A stretch of DNA of 63,025 nucleotides, taken from a virus (taxonomy: Duplodnaviria; Heunggongvirae; Uroviricota; Caudoviricetes). Within the stretch, counting starts at the first letter, position 1. Each line of letters starts with the position of its first letter. The position numbers and the translations under genes were made by a program. The notes beneath the pieces are model-generated. The model was given only the letters and a program-made list of their open reading frames with translations, was not told the DNA's origin and ran no database searches. The stretch lies in IMG/VR virus record IMGVR_UViG_3300031413_000001; one strand, written 5' to 3'. Positions 9,655 through 18,484 of the stretch are shown piece after piece.

Positions 9655-9982
9655 GCAGGCCCATTCCAGTCGAAGCAAGTTGCATCTAAAGGTGTTCAGC
9701 CTTCACCGTACACTTCTTCCCTGGTATTCCACCGATATTCACTTCTGTAATATCAGGGAGTTTCTGTGTCCAAAGATTCGCAACACTGATTGGACCATTA
9801 CCACCAGTCAAGGTCAGGACCTGGAACGCTGGTTCAGGGAAAACGGAAAGGGCAATGCCTGCTTTACTGTTTTCAAAGGTGAGTTTGATCTTTCCAGGAT
9901 GGATTTCAACAACCGAACAACAGTTAGCTTCACGGATCGAAACACCGCGCTGATGTTCAAACTTGCACTGGGTGGGCGATGA
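9635..9982 (+). CDS. FKL-motif family protein
   Basis: ERWFREN...SFTDRNTALMFKL. Confidence 0.7.
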   Translation: MAMIFRRQAHSSRSKLHLKVFSLHRTLLPWYSTDIHFCNIREFLCPKIRNTDWTITTSQGQDLERWFRENGKGNACFTVFKGEFDLSRMDFNNRTTVSFTDRNTALMFKLALGGR

Positions 9983-10362
9983 GCTGGATTGAGGAAACCG
10001 AACTCAAGTATGTCAATAAGGGTCCTCAAGTGGGTATTCGCACCTATACCTACGAGTTCAGGGAAAAGTGGTGGCACCGCTTCATGCCCTTTAGGTCACT
10101 TCAGACTCGACAGTTTGACACCAATGAAATCAACGTCAATGGTGACTCCAATGGTCACCGCATGGTGCTGGCCAATCCTGACTTCGAGATCAACGGACAC
10201 AACGTTGTGGAATGGTGCCGAGCCACTGTCAGTCAGGGGCGAGTGCATCTCTGCTTTACGGTGACCTATGAGCTCATGTCGTTCAAAGAACCGCTAACCT
10301 TGATGGAAGCCCGCTTCAGCGATCGTCGACTGGCCACTCTGTTCAAGCTGACTTTTGGTTGA
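9979..10362 (+). CDS. FKL-motif family protein
   Basis: VEWCR...RFSDRRLATLFKLTFG. Confidence 0.7.
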   Translation: MSWIEETELKYVNKGPQVGIRTYTYEFREKWWHRFMPFRSLQTRQFDTNEINVNGDSNGHRMVLANPDFEINGHNVVEWCRATVSQGRVHLCFTVTYELMSFKEPLTLMEARFSDRRLATLFKLTFG

Positions 10363-10392
10363 CAGGCATCCAGACTGGCGTAGGGTGGACTT

Positions 10393-11742
10393 ATGATAAA
10401 GATTCACAACAGCCAATCTAGGCAGCTGGAAGAGTTTGTTCCGCAAATGCCAGAGGACATCAAAATGTATGTCTGCGGCCCAACGGTCTATGGTCCGGCG
10501 CATATTGGTAATGCCCGTCCCGCGATCGTGTTCGACCAGATGTTTCGGCTGTTGCGCCACGTATATGGCGAGGATGCGGTCGTGTATGCTCGCAATATCA
10601 CAGACATTGATGACAAGATCATCGCAGCGGCCAATGCCCAGAACGTTCCCATCACCAGGATCACAGACACGGCAACCGCTGCATACAGGGCTGATTTGCA
10701 GGATCTAAACTGCCTTGAACCCAGCTATGAACCACAAGCCACTGCCTACGTGACGGGCATGATCGGCTACATCCAGCTGCTGATGGACAAGGGTCATGCT
10801 TATGGGGTCGATGGTGAGATCTTCTTCCACGTTCCCAGCAATCCCTATCCCGGCTTGGCCAACCACACGGCCCTGGAAAGCGGATCACGGGTGGAAGTGG
10901 ATCCACGCAAAAAGGATCCCAGGGATTTCGTGCTTTGGAAGCCGGCTAAGGTTGGTGAGCCCAGCTGGTATTCTCCCTTTGGCATTGGTCGTCCCGGTTG
11001 GCATATTGAATGCACGACGATGATCCGAAGCCTACTCGGCGATACCCTGGACATTCACGGTGGTGGTGCGGATCTTCGCTTTCCCCATCATGAAGCAGAG
11101 TGCGCGCAGAGTCAGTGCATCAGCGATGGTGCGCCACTTGCCAACTACTGGATGCACAATGGTCTCCTGACTGTTGATGACGAAAAGATGAGCAAGAGCC
11201 GCGGAAACGTGATCATGCTCAGCGAGTTGTTCGAGAGGGTGCCCGCCGAGAGCGTCCGGTACTATTTTCTGCAGAGCCATTACCGCAGCCCAATGAACTT
11301 TACCTATGAGGGCTTGGAAGCTTCGCACCGCGCGCTGAGCGGCCTGTATGATGCCCTCTACCGCTGCGACGATGTCAACTACGCGGAAGACGTCCGGGTT
11401 CATGCGGACTATCTGGGCGGATTGCTCAATGATCTCAACACTCCACAGGCGCTGAGCACAATGCACCAGCTTGCCAACGACATGGAGCGCGCGGACAACA
11501 AGGGCTTCTTCAAGGGTCAGCTTTTGGCTCTTGGTCGTCTCCTCGGTTTGTTTGAAAGCACACCGCACCAGTGGCGCACCTTTGGTGTTGACAAAGATGC
11601 AGTTGATGCTCTAGTGCAGGCACGTCAAGAGGCGCGTAGAAACAAAGACTACGCAGGTGCTGATGCGATTCGTCAGCAGTTACTGAGTATGGGAATCACG
11701 CTGGCCGATGGCGTTCACGGCACTGAATGGAGGAGGGCATAA
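10393..11742 (+). CDS. cysS: cysteinyl-tRNA synthetase
   Basis: CGPTVY, HIGN, GRPGWHIEC, FPHHE, KMSKS. Confidence 0.95.
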   Translation: MIKIHNSQSRQLEEFVPQMPEDIKMYVCGPTVYGPAHIGNARPAIVFDQMFRLLRHVYGEDAVVYARNITDIDDKIIAAANAQNVPITRITDTATAAYRADLQDLNCLEPSYEPQATAYVTGMIGYIQLLMDKGHAYGVDGEIFFHVPSNPYPGLANHTALESGSRVEVDPRKKDPRDFVLWKPAKVGEPSWYSPFGIGRPGWHIECTTMIRSLLGDTLDIHGGGADLRFPHHEAECAQSQCISDGAPLANYWMHNGLLTVDDEKMSKSRGNVIMLSELFERVPAESVRYYFLQSHYRSPMNFTYEGLEASHRALSGLYDALYRCDDVNYAEDVRVHADYLGGLLNDLNTPQALSTMHQLANDMERADNKGFFKGQLLALGRLLGLFESTPHQWRTFGVDKDAVDALVQARQEARRNKDYAGADAIRQQLLSMGITLADGVHGTEWRRA

Positions 11743-12332
11743 TGGCCTGGGAATTACTAGCTTTCGGGGGTGTCATGTTCTGGACCATCCTCGGCGTGAT
11801 CGGTCTGATCATCACCACGCAGGTTCACAATGAACGGGTAGGCTGGGCGGCCTTTACCTTCATCGCGATCATCGCCGCCCTGATCCTTTTCACCAACGTT
11901 CCCAAGCTTCTGGCAAATGCCACGCTTCTGGACTACGTGGAAGGTATCCTGCTCTACTTCGCACTTGCGGGTATCTGGGCGATCATCAAGTGGCGCGGAT
12001 TCTTCCTGCCCAGCTTGTTCCGGCGCTACAATGACTTGCGTGAGGACTTTCTGTTCCGCAAAAAGCTCAACGAGATGCCGGCCGATCCTGCGGTGATCAA
12101 GGAGTTCAACGATCACTATGGTGTGCAGAGCCTGAACATCAACGCCAACCGCATGGTGCGAAACAACAAGGGTCGCATCACCACGTGGATGATCTTCTGG
12201 CCGTTCTCGCTTCTCGAGACGTTCGTCGGAGACTTCCTGGCCAATATGTTCGACCGGATCTACCGGAGCATTCATGGTCTCCTGCAGCGCATGAGCGACA
12301 GCATGGCGAGCAAGTACAGCGAACTGAACTAA
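11742..12332 (+). CDS. multi-pass membrane protein
   Basis: 3-4 hydrophobic segments. Confidence 0.7.
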   Translation: MAWELLAFGGVMFWTILGVIGLIITTQVHNERVGWAAFTFIAIIAALILFTNVPKLLANATLLDYVEGILLYFALAGIWAIIKWRGFFLPSLFRRYNDLREDFLFRKKLNEMPADPAVIKEFNDHYGVQSLNINANRMVRNNKGRITTWMIFWPFSLLETFVGDFLANMFDRIYRSIHGLLQRMSDSMASKYSELN

Positions 12333-12383
12333 ACGGTTGACGGCCTCCTGTCCTGTGTTACGACCAGGACAGGAGGTGCAATC

Positions 12384-12854
12384 ATGCGGAAACAGATCGA
12401 TAACGTAATCACTATCGTCAACAGCAAGGATGAGACCAAGCTGACGCCCATGCAGCGGGCAACCAGCAGGATCATCACACTGCTGTTCATCTATGCCATC
12501 ATCGTGTTGGGCTCCGCAGAGGTGTTCTCGCTGATCGAAGGCACGCCGTACTGGCAGAGCTTTTACTGGGCCAACATGACCAGCACCAGCGTGGGCTACG
12601 GCGACATCTCGCCCAAGGTCGTGCTAGGTCAGATCATGGCCATCCTGCTGGCAAACTTCTCACTTCTCTTTCTGAGCCCGCTGATCACTGGTCGCGTTGC
12701 GGCTCAGATGATCGTGGACAGTGACAAGTACACCCACGAGGAGCAGGAAGAGGCAAAGGCTGCGTTGCTCCGAACGGAAGCCAATCAGGAAAAGATGCTC
12801 GCAATGCTGGAAAGTATCACGGCACGTCTTGACGCCCTGGATTCCAAAGCGTAA
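12384..12854 (+). CDS. two-TM potassium channel (KcsA-like)
   Basis: TSTSVGYGD selectivity filter between two TM helices. Confidence 0.85.
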   Translation: MRKQIDNVITIVNSKDETKLTPMQRATSRIITLLFIYAIIVLGSAEVFSLIEGTPYWQSFYWANMTSTSVGYGDISPKVVLGQIMAILLANFSLLFLSPLITGRVAAQMIVDSDKYTHEEQEEAKAALLRTEANQEKMLAMLESITARLDALDSKA

Positions 12855-12865
12855 TAGGACGTAAT

Positions 12866-12938
12866 GCTTCCATAGCTCAGTTGGTAGAGCAGGGGCCTCT
12901 AAAGCCTTGGGTCGGGAGTTCGAGCCTCCCTGGAAGCG
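12866..12938 (+). tRNA. amber suppressor tRNA (anticodon CUA)
   Basis: Acceptor GCTTCCA/TGGAAGC, D arm GCTC/GAGC, anticodon loop CT-CTA-AA, T loop TTCGAGC, G73; CCA not encoded. Confidence 0.9.
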
Positions 12939-12947
12939 CAAAAGGAT

Positions 12948-13490
12948 TTGATCGTGGCAACACTTGGCGAAGACTTAAAGGCTATCGAAGATCAAAAGAC
13001 AAACGAGCGGATTGCTCGTCGGTCTGACATGCTCCGAAAGTTCGTCAAAGAAGACCTGCTCAAAGCCCTACAACAGGATATCGAAAACGGCGGGGATGGT
13101 CGTAAGGCCCTGGAAGCCCCATCGGATATCCGACACCTCTTTGCCGGTCCTTTGGACTATGATGGCTACTGCCCGCATACCAGTCCCAGGTCGACCTATT
13201 ACAAGGTCTGGCGTGAACTAGATGCGTGGGCCAAGGGTGAAAACCTGGCGATCTCCACCGGTACGCCCTTTGACAAAAACCAATACGGCGGTACACCCTG
13301 GGATATGCGACGCTGGGGAGGGTATCTGTACATCTCGGTACCCAAACCAGAGGAACCCGTAAGGCCCACTCCACCGGCTCTTCGCAAGGTGGAAAACGGT
13401 GCAAACATCACGATGAATGAGATGCTAGTTGGCATCTTCGCGTCCGTGATAATCACCTTTCTGCTAACCTACTTTTCGATAAGGCACTAA
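12948..13490 (+). CDS. hypothetical protein with C-terminal TM anchor
   Basis: ORF, hydrophobic C-terminus. Confidence 0.65.
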   Translation: MIVATLGEDLKAIEDQKTNERIARRSDMLRKFVKEDLLKALQQDIENGGDGRKALEAPSDIRHLFAGPLDYDGYCPHTSPRSTYYKVWRELDAWAKGENLAISTGTPFDKNQYGGTPWDMRRWGGYLYISVPKPEEPVRPTPPALRKVENGANITMNEMLVGIFASVIITFLLTYFSIRH

Positions 13491-13491
13491 C

Positions 13492-13974
13492 ATGGTAATG
13501 AGTCTCCCAGGCGGCATGGACGACACGGGCCCCAAGAAGCCCGGTGACCCCAACCCATTCGCAGAGCTGCTGGACTTGGTTGGCGCGCTGGTGAGCCTCT
13601 ATGAGGCCAAGCCCACGCTGACCCTGGCGAAGAAGATTCCACCGGAGATCAGGTCGCTTCAGACTTTCACGCGGGGTATGGCAAATCGTGCAGCCACTGA
13701 TGCAGTGGAGGATCTGCGGATTCGTTTCGAGGCTGCCCAGCGGGAGGCCAACAAAAAGACCTATCCCATCGCGGACAAGTTCTACAGCCATTCGGGCAAG
13801 GAAGACGGCATGGACGATGCCGCCAAGCTGGGCTTTGAGCGAGGGACGGCTGCCTTCGAGACTTATTGTAGGACGGGGTATGAAACCACGTTCGACGTGC
13901 TGGTCTATGAGGACGGCACGGTCAAGGCAACTCACGTCAATGGCGTCGCGCTAGTCGAGCCAGTGGAGATCTAA
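13492..13974 (+). CDS. hypothetical protein
   Basis: ORF tightly packed in operon. Confidence 0.65.
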   Translation: MVMSLPGGMDDTGPKKPGDPNPFAELLDLVGALVSLYEAKPTLTLAKKIPPEIRSLQTFTRGMANRAATDAVEDLRIRFEAAQREANKKTYPIADKFYSHSGKEDGMDDAAKLGFERGTAAFETYCRTGYETTFDVLVYEDGTVKATHVNGVALVEPVEI

Positions 13975-14790
13975 ATGCAGAACATCTTCGACATCAATGG
14001 TCTCCAGTTTTGGAGCGAGGAAGAGATTCGTCTCCGGGAACACTTCCGGGACTTCTTCGCTCGGCGGATCCAGCAGGATCTCCTGGCCTTGAATCCACAG
14101 TGGGCCTTCCACTTTATCGAGGCTCCGCTCCTCACTCCTCGTCCGCTGCTGAATGCCAACTACACCAGCAAGGACGTGTGGGACCAGGCAGGTCACGGCG
14201 ACAGCGAGCAGCCGCTGACGCTTCGTCCGGAGACCACGCCGGGCAGCTACGCCTACGCGCAATATCTGCTCAACAACCACACGGGCAGCAAGCCTCCCTT
14301 TGTGGTCTGGCAAGCTGGTAAGAGCTTTCGTCGCGAGATCATCCAGCCAACCAAACACATGCGGTTGAAGGAATTCTATCAGCAGGAATTCCAGTGCCTG
14401 TTCACCGCAGATACGGCCAATGACTACCATGGGGCTATGCTGGAGCCCATCCGTGCGATGATCGCAAGCCAGATACCCCTGCCGACGCGCCTGGTCCCCA
14501 GTGATCGTCTGCCCACGTACTCGCTGAAGACCATGGACGTGGAAGTGTGGAACGGCGACAAGTGGATGGAAGTCTGCAGCATCAGCCTCCGAAATGACTT
14601 CCCGGAAAAGCTGACCTTTCAGACCAAAAAGGGTCTCGTGGAAAAGGACGCCCTGGTCCTCGAGATTGCCATTGGTCTGGACCGGATCATCTACAACTGG
14701 CAGCAGGGTCAGCGCACGAATATCATCCGGACAGCGCCCATTGAGTTGCCGGTAGCGGTGGAAGAGGAAGTTGAGGCGCATCCCTCGTGA
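13975..14790 (+). CDS. class II aaRS catalytic core, GlyRS-like, lacking anticodon-binding domain
   Basis: LRPET, motif 2 GKSFRRE..RLKEFYQQE, motif 3 EIAIGLDR; 271 aa. Confidence 0.8.
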   Translation: MQNIFDINGLQFWSEEEIRLREHFRDFFARRIQQDLLALNPQWAFHFIEAPLLTPRPLLNANYTSKDVWDQAGHGDSEQPLTLRPETTPGSYAYAQYLLNNHTGSKPPFVVWQAGKSFRREIIQPTKHMRLKEFYQQEFQCLFTADTANDYHGAMLEPIRAMIASQIPLPTRLVPSDRLPTYSLKTMDVEVWNGDKWMEVCSISLRNDFPEKLTFQTKKGLVEKDALVLEIAIGLDRIIYNWQQGQRTNIIRTAPIELPVAVEEEVEAHPS

Positions 14791-15068
14791 AGCAAACCGC
14801 CGTCACGCCGGAGAACTATCCAGTTATCGCAGGGGTGGGATCACTCTGCTTTAGCAAAGGGGTTCCGCTGGAAGTTGTCCTGACATTCTTCCAGACCAAC
14901 AAATACGTGGTTGATTGGTGTGATTACATTGTCACGGCGATCAAGGATGGGCACAATCCCCGCACCATACGGGCTCGCATTGATAGTGCGGTCACCGACA
15001 TATATGGCAAGGACTATGCCAAGGAAGTGCTGGAACGCACTGACAAAGTCTTGGATATCCTAATATGA
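14787..15068 (+). CDS. small protein resembling an AlaRS helical subdomain
   Basis: G..LCFSKGVPLEVV...VVDW is similar to AlaRS G..F.LYDTYGFP...VD. Confidence 0.45.
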   Translation: MKQTAVTPENYPVIAGVGSLCFSKGVPLEVVLTFFQTNKYVVDWCDYIVTAIKDGHNPRTIRARIDSAVTDIYGKDYAKEVLERTDKVLDILI

Positions 15069-15433
15069 GCATCCTAGCCCATCTGATTGAGAAGTCGCTT
15101 GACTTTGTAGTGAACGGATGGGAACTCAACAGGGAGCAGGACTCTGATGAACCTGTACCGTTCGTTGCAATCAGTCTGAACGTTACGATTCCTGAAGCGG
15201 ATATCGAGGAAGATCTCTGGTATTCTCTTGATGACAACTTCAAGGACCCTGAGACCGGAACAACCTACTATAGCTTTGATTTCGATGGTGATGGTCCCAA
15301 TCACTGGGGCAGATTTGCTGTTCATGCAAGGGGCACAGACATTCCTGAGATACTTGATATCCTTCGGGGTGAGATAGATTTCATGCTGGGATGGTTGACA
15401 ACCCTGAGTGGCAAGGATACAGTGACAGGATGA
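15065..15433 (+). CDS. acidic hypothetical protein
   Basis: ATGA overlaps at both ends. Confidence 0.65.
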   Translation: MSILAHLIEKSLDFVVNGWELNREQDSDEPVPFVAISLNVTIPEADIEEDLWYSLDDNFKDPETGTTYYSFDFDGDGPNHWGRFAVHARGTDIPEILDILRGEIDFMLGWLTTLSGKDTVTG

Positions 15434-15870
15434 AGTTCATTGTCCACAGCCGCTACAACATGATGGCCGCCATTCCACCTGAAACGCCCTGGGCAGTTAT
15501 CAGCGTGTGCGAGAAGGGTGACTTTCCCGAAATCCAGGCCAACTCCTTTATGAAGGGGCGACTGAACCTTCGCTTTCATGATGCGGATGGTGCGTTTGCT
15601 CATGAGCAGGAAGATACCGAAATCATCCTGTTCGACGAAGCCCATGCCCAGCAGATCCTGGAGTTCTACGAAAACATGGTCGAAAAGGGCGTGGAGATCA
15701 TGTTCGTCCACTGCCTGATGGGTCAGAGCCGGAGCGCAGCGATTGCGGCCGCCCTGGAAAAGACCTTCAACGGCGATGATGGCAAATACTTCAGCAACGG
15801 GCCCTACAAGCCCAACATGCTGGTGTTTCGCACCACGCTGAATGAAGCGCACGAGCGCGGACACATCTAA
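15430..15870 (+). CDS. protein-tyrosine/dual-specificity phosphatase-like
   Basis: HCLMGQSRS CX5R motif. Confidence 0.8.
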   Translation: MKFIVHSRYNMMAAIPPETPWAVISVCEKGDFPEIQANSFMKGRLNLRFHDADGAFAHEQEDTEIILFDEAHAQQILEFYENMVEKGVEIMFVHCLMGQSRSAAIAAALEKTFNGDDGKYFSNGPYKPNMLVFRTTLNEAHERGHI

Positions 15871-15932
15871 CTCTGAATTGCAAAACTGAGCGGAGGTAAC
15901 TAGAATGAAAGTATTCTAGTTTGAGGTCCTCT

Positions 15933-16787
15933 ATGAGTTTTGGTGCCTACATTATCAGCTTTGCGGACAACGATCCAGAGAAGCGCGCAGCACGTTTTGA
16001 AGTCCACAACATTCAGCTGAATGAGTGGCTTGAGAATACCGACATCGACATCAACGTTGTGGCGATGAATTACCAGCCCGGAGATCACCACCCTGACCCC
16101 CGCGTGATCTACCACGACACGGCTCCCCGGAAGTGTTCCGCAGCACGGCATGAAGCTTTCCGCTTGTTCTACGCCAGTGATTATGACTGGGGTGTGATCA
16201 TGGACAACGATGCAATGTTGTACAACGCTCCGCAGCACAATAGCGGATACGGGCTTATCAAGGAAATGACCAAGCATCTCAAAGATTACCGAGAGCTAGG
16301 CATATTCTTTCCCATCAATCCTGCAAAGAGTCCCTTCACGGAACTTCTAAAGGATTACCGTCACACGGATCGTCATGTTTTCAAGAGAAATATGGATCTC
16401 AAAGGAAGCCTGATGTTCGTAAAGAACTTTGTCAAGAAAGGCTTGCCCGCTCCCTATCCTGATCCGGAGTTTGATTGGTGTGAGGATGGAAAGCTGGCAC
16501 TGGACACGGTTGCACTTGGTCACACCGTGATGGTTTGCGAGAACTTGGTCTTAAAGGAAATGGGACTGAGTTCCAGTAGCTTCGCGACAGCGGAAGTGGA
16601 TCGCAAGCCATTCATGCAAGAGGCCAATCGTCGCATTGTGGAAAAGTTCAACGATCCACTACTAACTATGAGGTCCGGTGAAAGTCACCTCCTAGATAGC
16701 AAAAAGTGGGTCAACAGGGAATGGAAGGGTCGCCAGAGCCTCTCAGTTGGCAAGAGCGGTGATGACACTGAGCTGTTTTCCTTTTGA
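15933..16787 (+). CDS. putative GT-A glycosyltransferase
   Basis: AAR helix then VIMDND (DxD), later ED motif. Confidence 0.5.
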   Translation: MSFGAYIISFADNDPEKRAARFEVHNIQLNEWLENTDIDINVVAMNYQPGDHHPDPRVIYHDTAPRKCSAARHEAFRLFYASDYDWGVIMDNDAMLYNAPQHNSGYGLIKEMTKHLKDYRELGIFFPINPAKSPFTELLKDYRHTDRHVFKRNMDLKGSLMFVKNFVKKGLPAPYPDPEFDWCEDGKLALDTVALGHTVMVCENLVLKEMGLSSSSFATAEVDRKPFMQEANRRIVEKFNDPLLTMRSGESHLLDSKKWVNREWKGRQSLSVGKSGDDTELFSF

Positions 16788-16919
16788 TATTTGACCTGAG
16801 GGTCCGCTGGGTGTAAATACGTGGTATGAAAAAGATTCTAACACACCACTAGGCACCCCGCGGCCCTCCACTCACAGCTAGAACTGTCTTTGTTTTAGTT
16901 TCAAATGTGAGTGTATGGT

Positions 16920-17270
16920 ATGAGTGATGTTACATGGGTGGACTATTTTGCCACCGACGGCGTAATCGCCCCACAAACCCCTGAACAGGCGCAGGCTGAA
17001 GAAGCCGAGCGAAATGAACTCTTCGAAGAAGATGACTTCGAGGATGCCGACTTTGCGCCTAGCATCAACAGCAAGTTTCCAGGATGGTATCTGGTCCGTA
17101 TGTTTGGCTTCACGTGGAGCAACATGGGCGAGATCAAGACCTGGTGTGAGGAATGCACCTCATTCGGTGGCTGGGAAGCCGTTGGGTGGAGTAGCGGTTG
17201 CAGCACCAGCGTGGGTGTTGTATTCGAAAGTCCAAAGGATGCTATGATGTTCAAGTTGAGGTGGCGGTGA
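16920..17270 (+). CDS. FKL-motif family protein
   Basis: IKTWCEE...VFESPKDAMMFKLRW. Confidence 0.75.
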   Translation: MSDVTWVDYFATDGVIAPQTPEQAQAEEAERNELFEEDDFEDADFAPSINSKFPGWYLVRMFGFTWSNMGEIKTWCEECTSFGGWEAVGWSSGCSTSVGVVFESPKDAMMFKLRWR

Positions 17271-17623
17271 CATATTGGACTTGGAACGGTCACGATGATG
17301 ATCTGCCCACCCTCCATGTTTTTGAATATGGTCTGTTGAACATCTGGGAAGATGGTCTGACCACTGAAAAGCATTGGATGGATGCCGATCCTCCCCATCT
17401 CAAGCCTGAGGTTCTCGCGGACATCAAGGAATGGGGTGGAGTATGGGATGGTCCCAATATCCAAGTCCAGTTTCCTGATGGAAACGATCATGGTGCTCTT
17501 ATGTGGAAACTCAAGTATCCCAGTAAGAGTGGTTGTACGTCACCTGACCGCAGCACCTACACTGATGCCAATGGCGTCCGGTGGATTAAGAGCCAAGGTT
17601 CAGGTCTAGGCAAAAAGATTTGA
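17267..17623 (+). CDS. FKL-motif family protein (divergent)
   Basis: IKEW...QFPDGNDHGALMWKL. Confidence 0.6.
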   Translation: MTYWTWNGHDDDLPTLHVFEYGLLNIWEDGLTTEKHWMDADPPHLKPEVLADIKEWGGVWDGPNIQVQFPDGNDHGALMWKLKYPSKSGCTSPDRSTYTDANGVRWIKSQGSGLGKKI

Positions 17624-17698
17624 TTTAGTGGTTGACGTGTTCCTAATATCCACTAAGTTGAAGTTGTCCAATGAGGACATAGAAGAAAGGAAAGTTTA

Positions 17699-18157
17699 AT
17701 GCTCACGAACTCGTTCTTGTAGGAAGCAATCGACCGCTACGAAGCGGATAACGACGCCGAGGCCTTCGAAGCTGCCTCTGATAAGCTTCGCATTTACAGC
17801 ATCATCCGCGGCGACCTGGATATGACTCCGGGTAAGATGGCAAGCCAGGCTTGTCATGCGGCCAAGAACTGTGTGCTCCTCGCGAGTCGACGCGATCCCG
17901 CGCTCCTGCGTGTTTATCAGGGCCCGGACTTCATCGGCACCCAGGTCATCCTGAAGGCAAAGAACGAAGGTGCCATCTTGCGCGCCTACGAAGCAGCCCA
18001 GGAAGCTGGCCTGATCACCTCGCTTATTGTTGACAAGACCCACGTAATTCCGGGAACGGCATTCGATGGTAACCCCATCGTGACCGCCCTGGGTATTGGT
18101 CCTTGCACCAAGGAGCAGGCGCACGCCATCACCAAGCGATTCTCGGTGGTGGGCTGA
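17699..18157 (+). CDS. pth2: peptidyl-tRNA hydrolase Pth2 with in-frame TAG at codon 8 (17720-17722)
   Basis: IYSIIRGDLDMTPGKMASQACHA, VILK, IVD, TALGIGP; SD AAGGAA before ATG 17699. Confidence 0.85.
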
Positions 18158-18483
18158 TGAGCAGGGACTTTGAAACCGCACGGGCAGCGGCAACTCTCGC
18201 CTACACCACAGAGTACCAAAAGCACGGAGTAAACTTCGTTCCGCCGGTCAGTCCCATGAAGGACCGGGTATGGAGTGAGATGCTTCGAGCAGCGTGGCCC
18301 GATCAGGCCAGCGTTGAGGTGAAGAACTTTGGGTCCAACAAGCCCAACTACACCGAGATGCGACGCTGGTGCGATGAAAAGTCCAACTGCTCATATTGGA
18401 CAAATGGTGGCGGAAGCCGCTGGTATTTTGAGCGCAAGGACATCGCAGCGATGTTCAAACTGACTTTTGGAGGAGTTCAATAA
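18157..18483 (+). CDS. FKL-motif family protein
   Basis: RRWCDE...YFERKDIAAMFKLTFGG. Confidence 0.75.
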   Translation: MSRDFETARAAATLAYTTEYQKHGVNFVPPVSPMKDRVWSEMLRAAWPDQASVEVKNFGSNKPNYTEMRRWCDEKSNCSYWTNGGGSRWYFERKDIAAMFKLTFGGVQ

Positions 18484-18484
18484 C

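Noticed and set aside
9652-9750. Functional readthrough extension of the ATP-grasp gene (and of rnhA at 61542)
   Set aside because: Extensions are short, overlap other genes and show no recognisable content.
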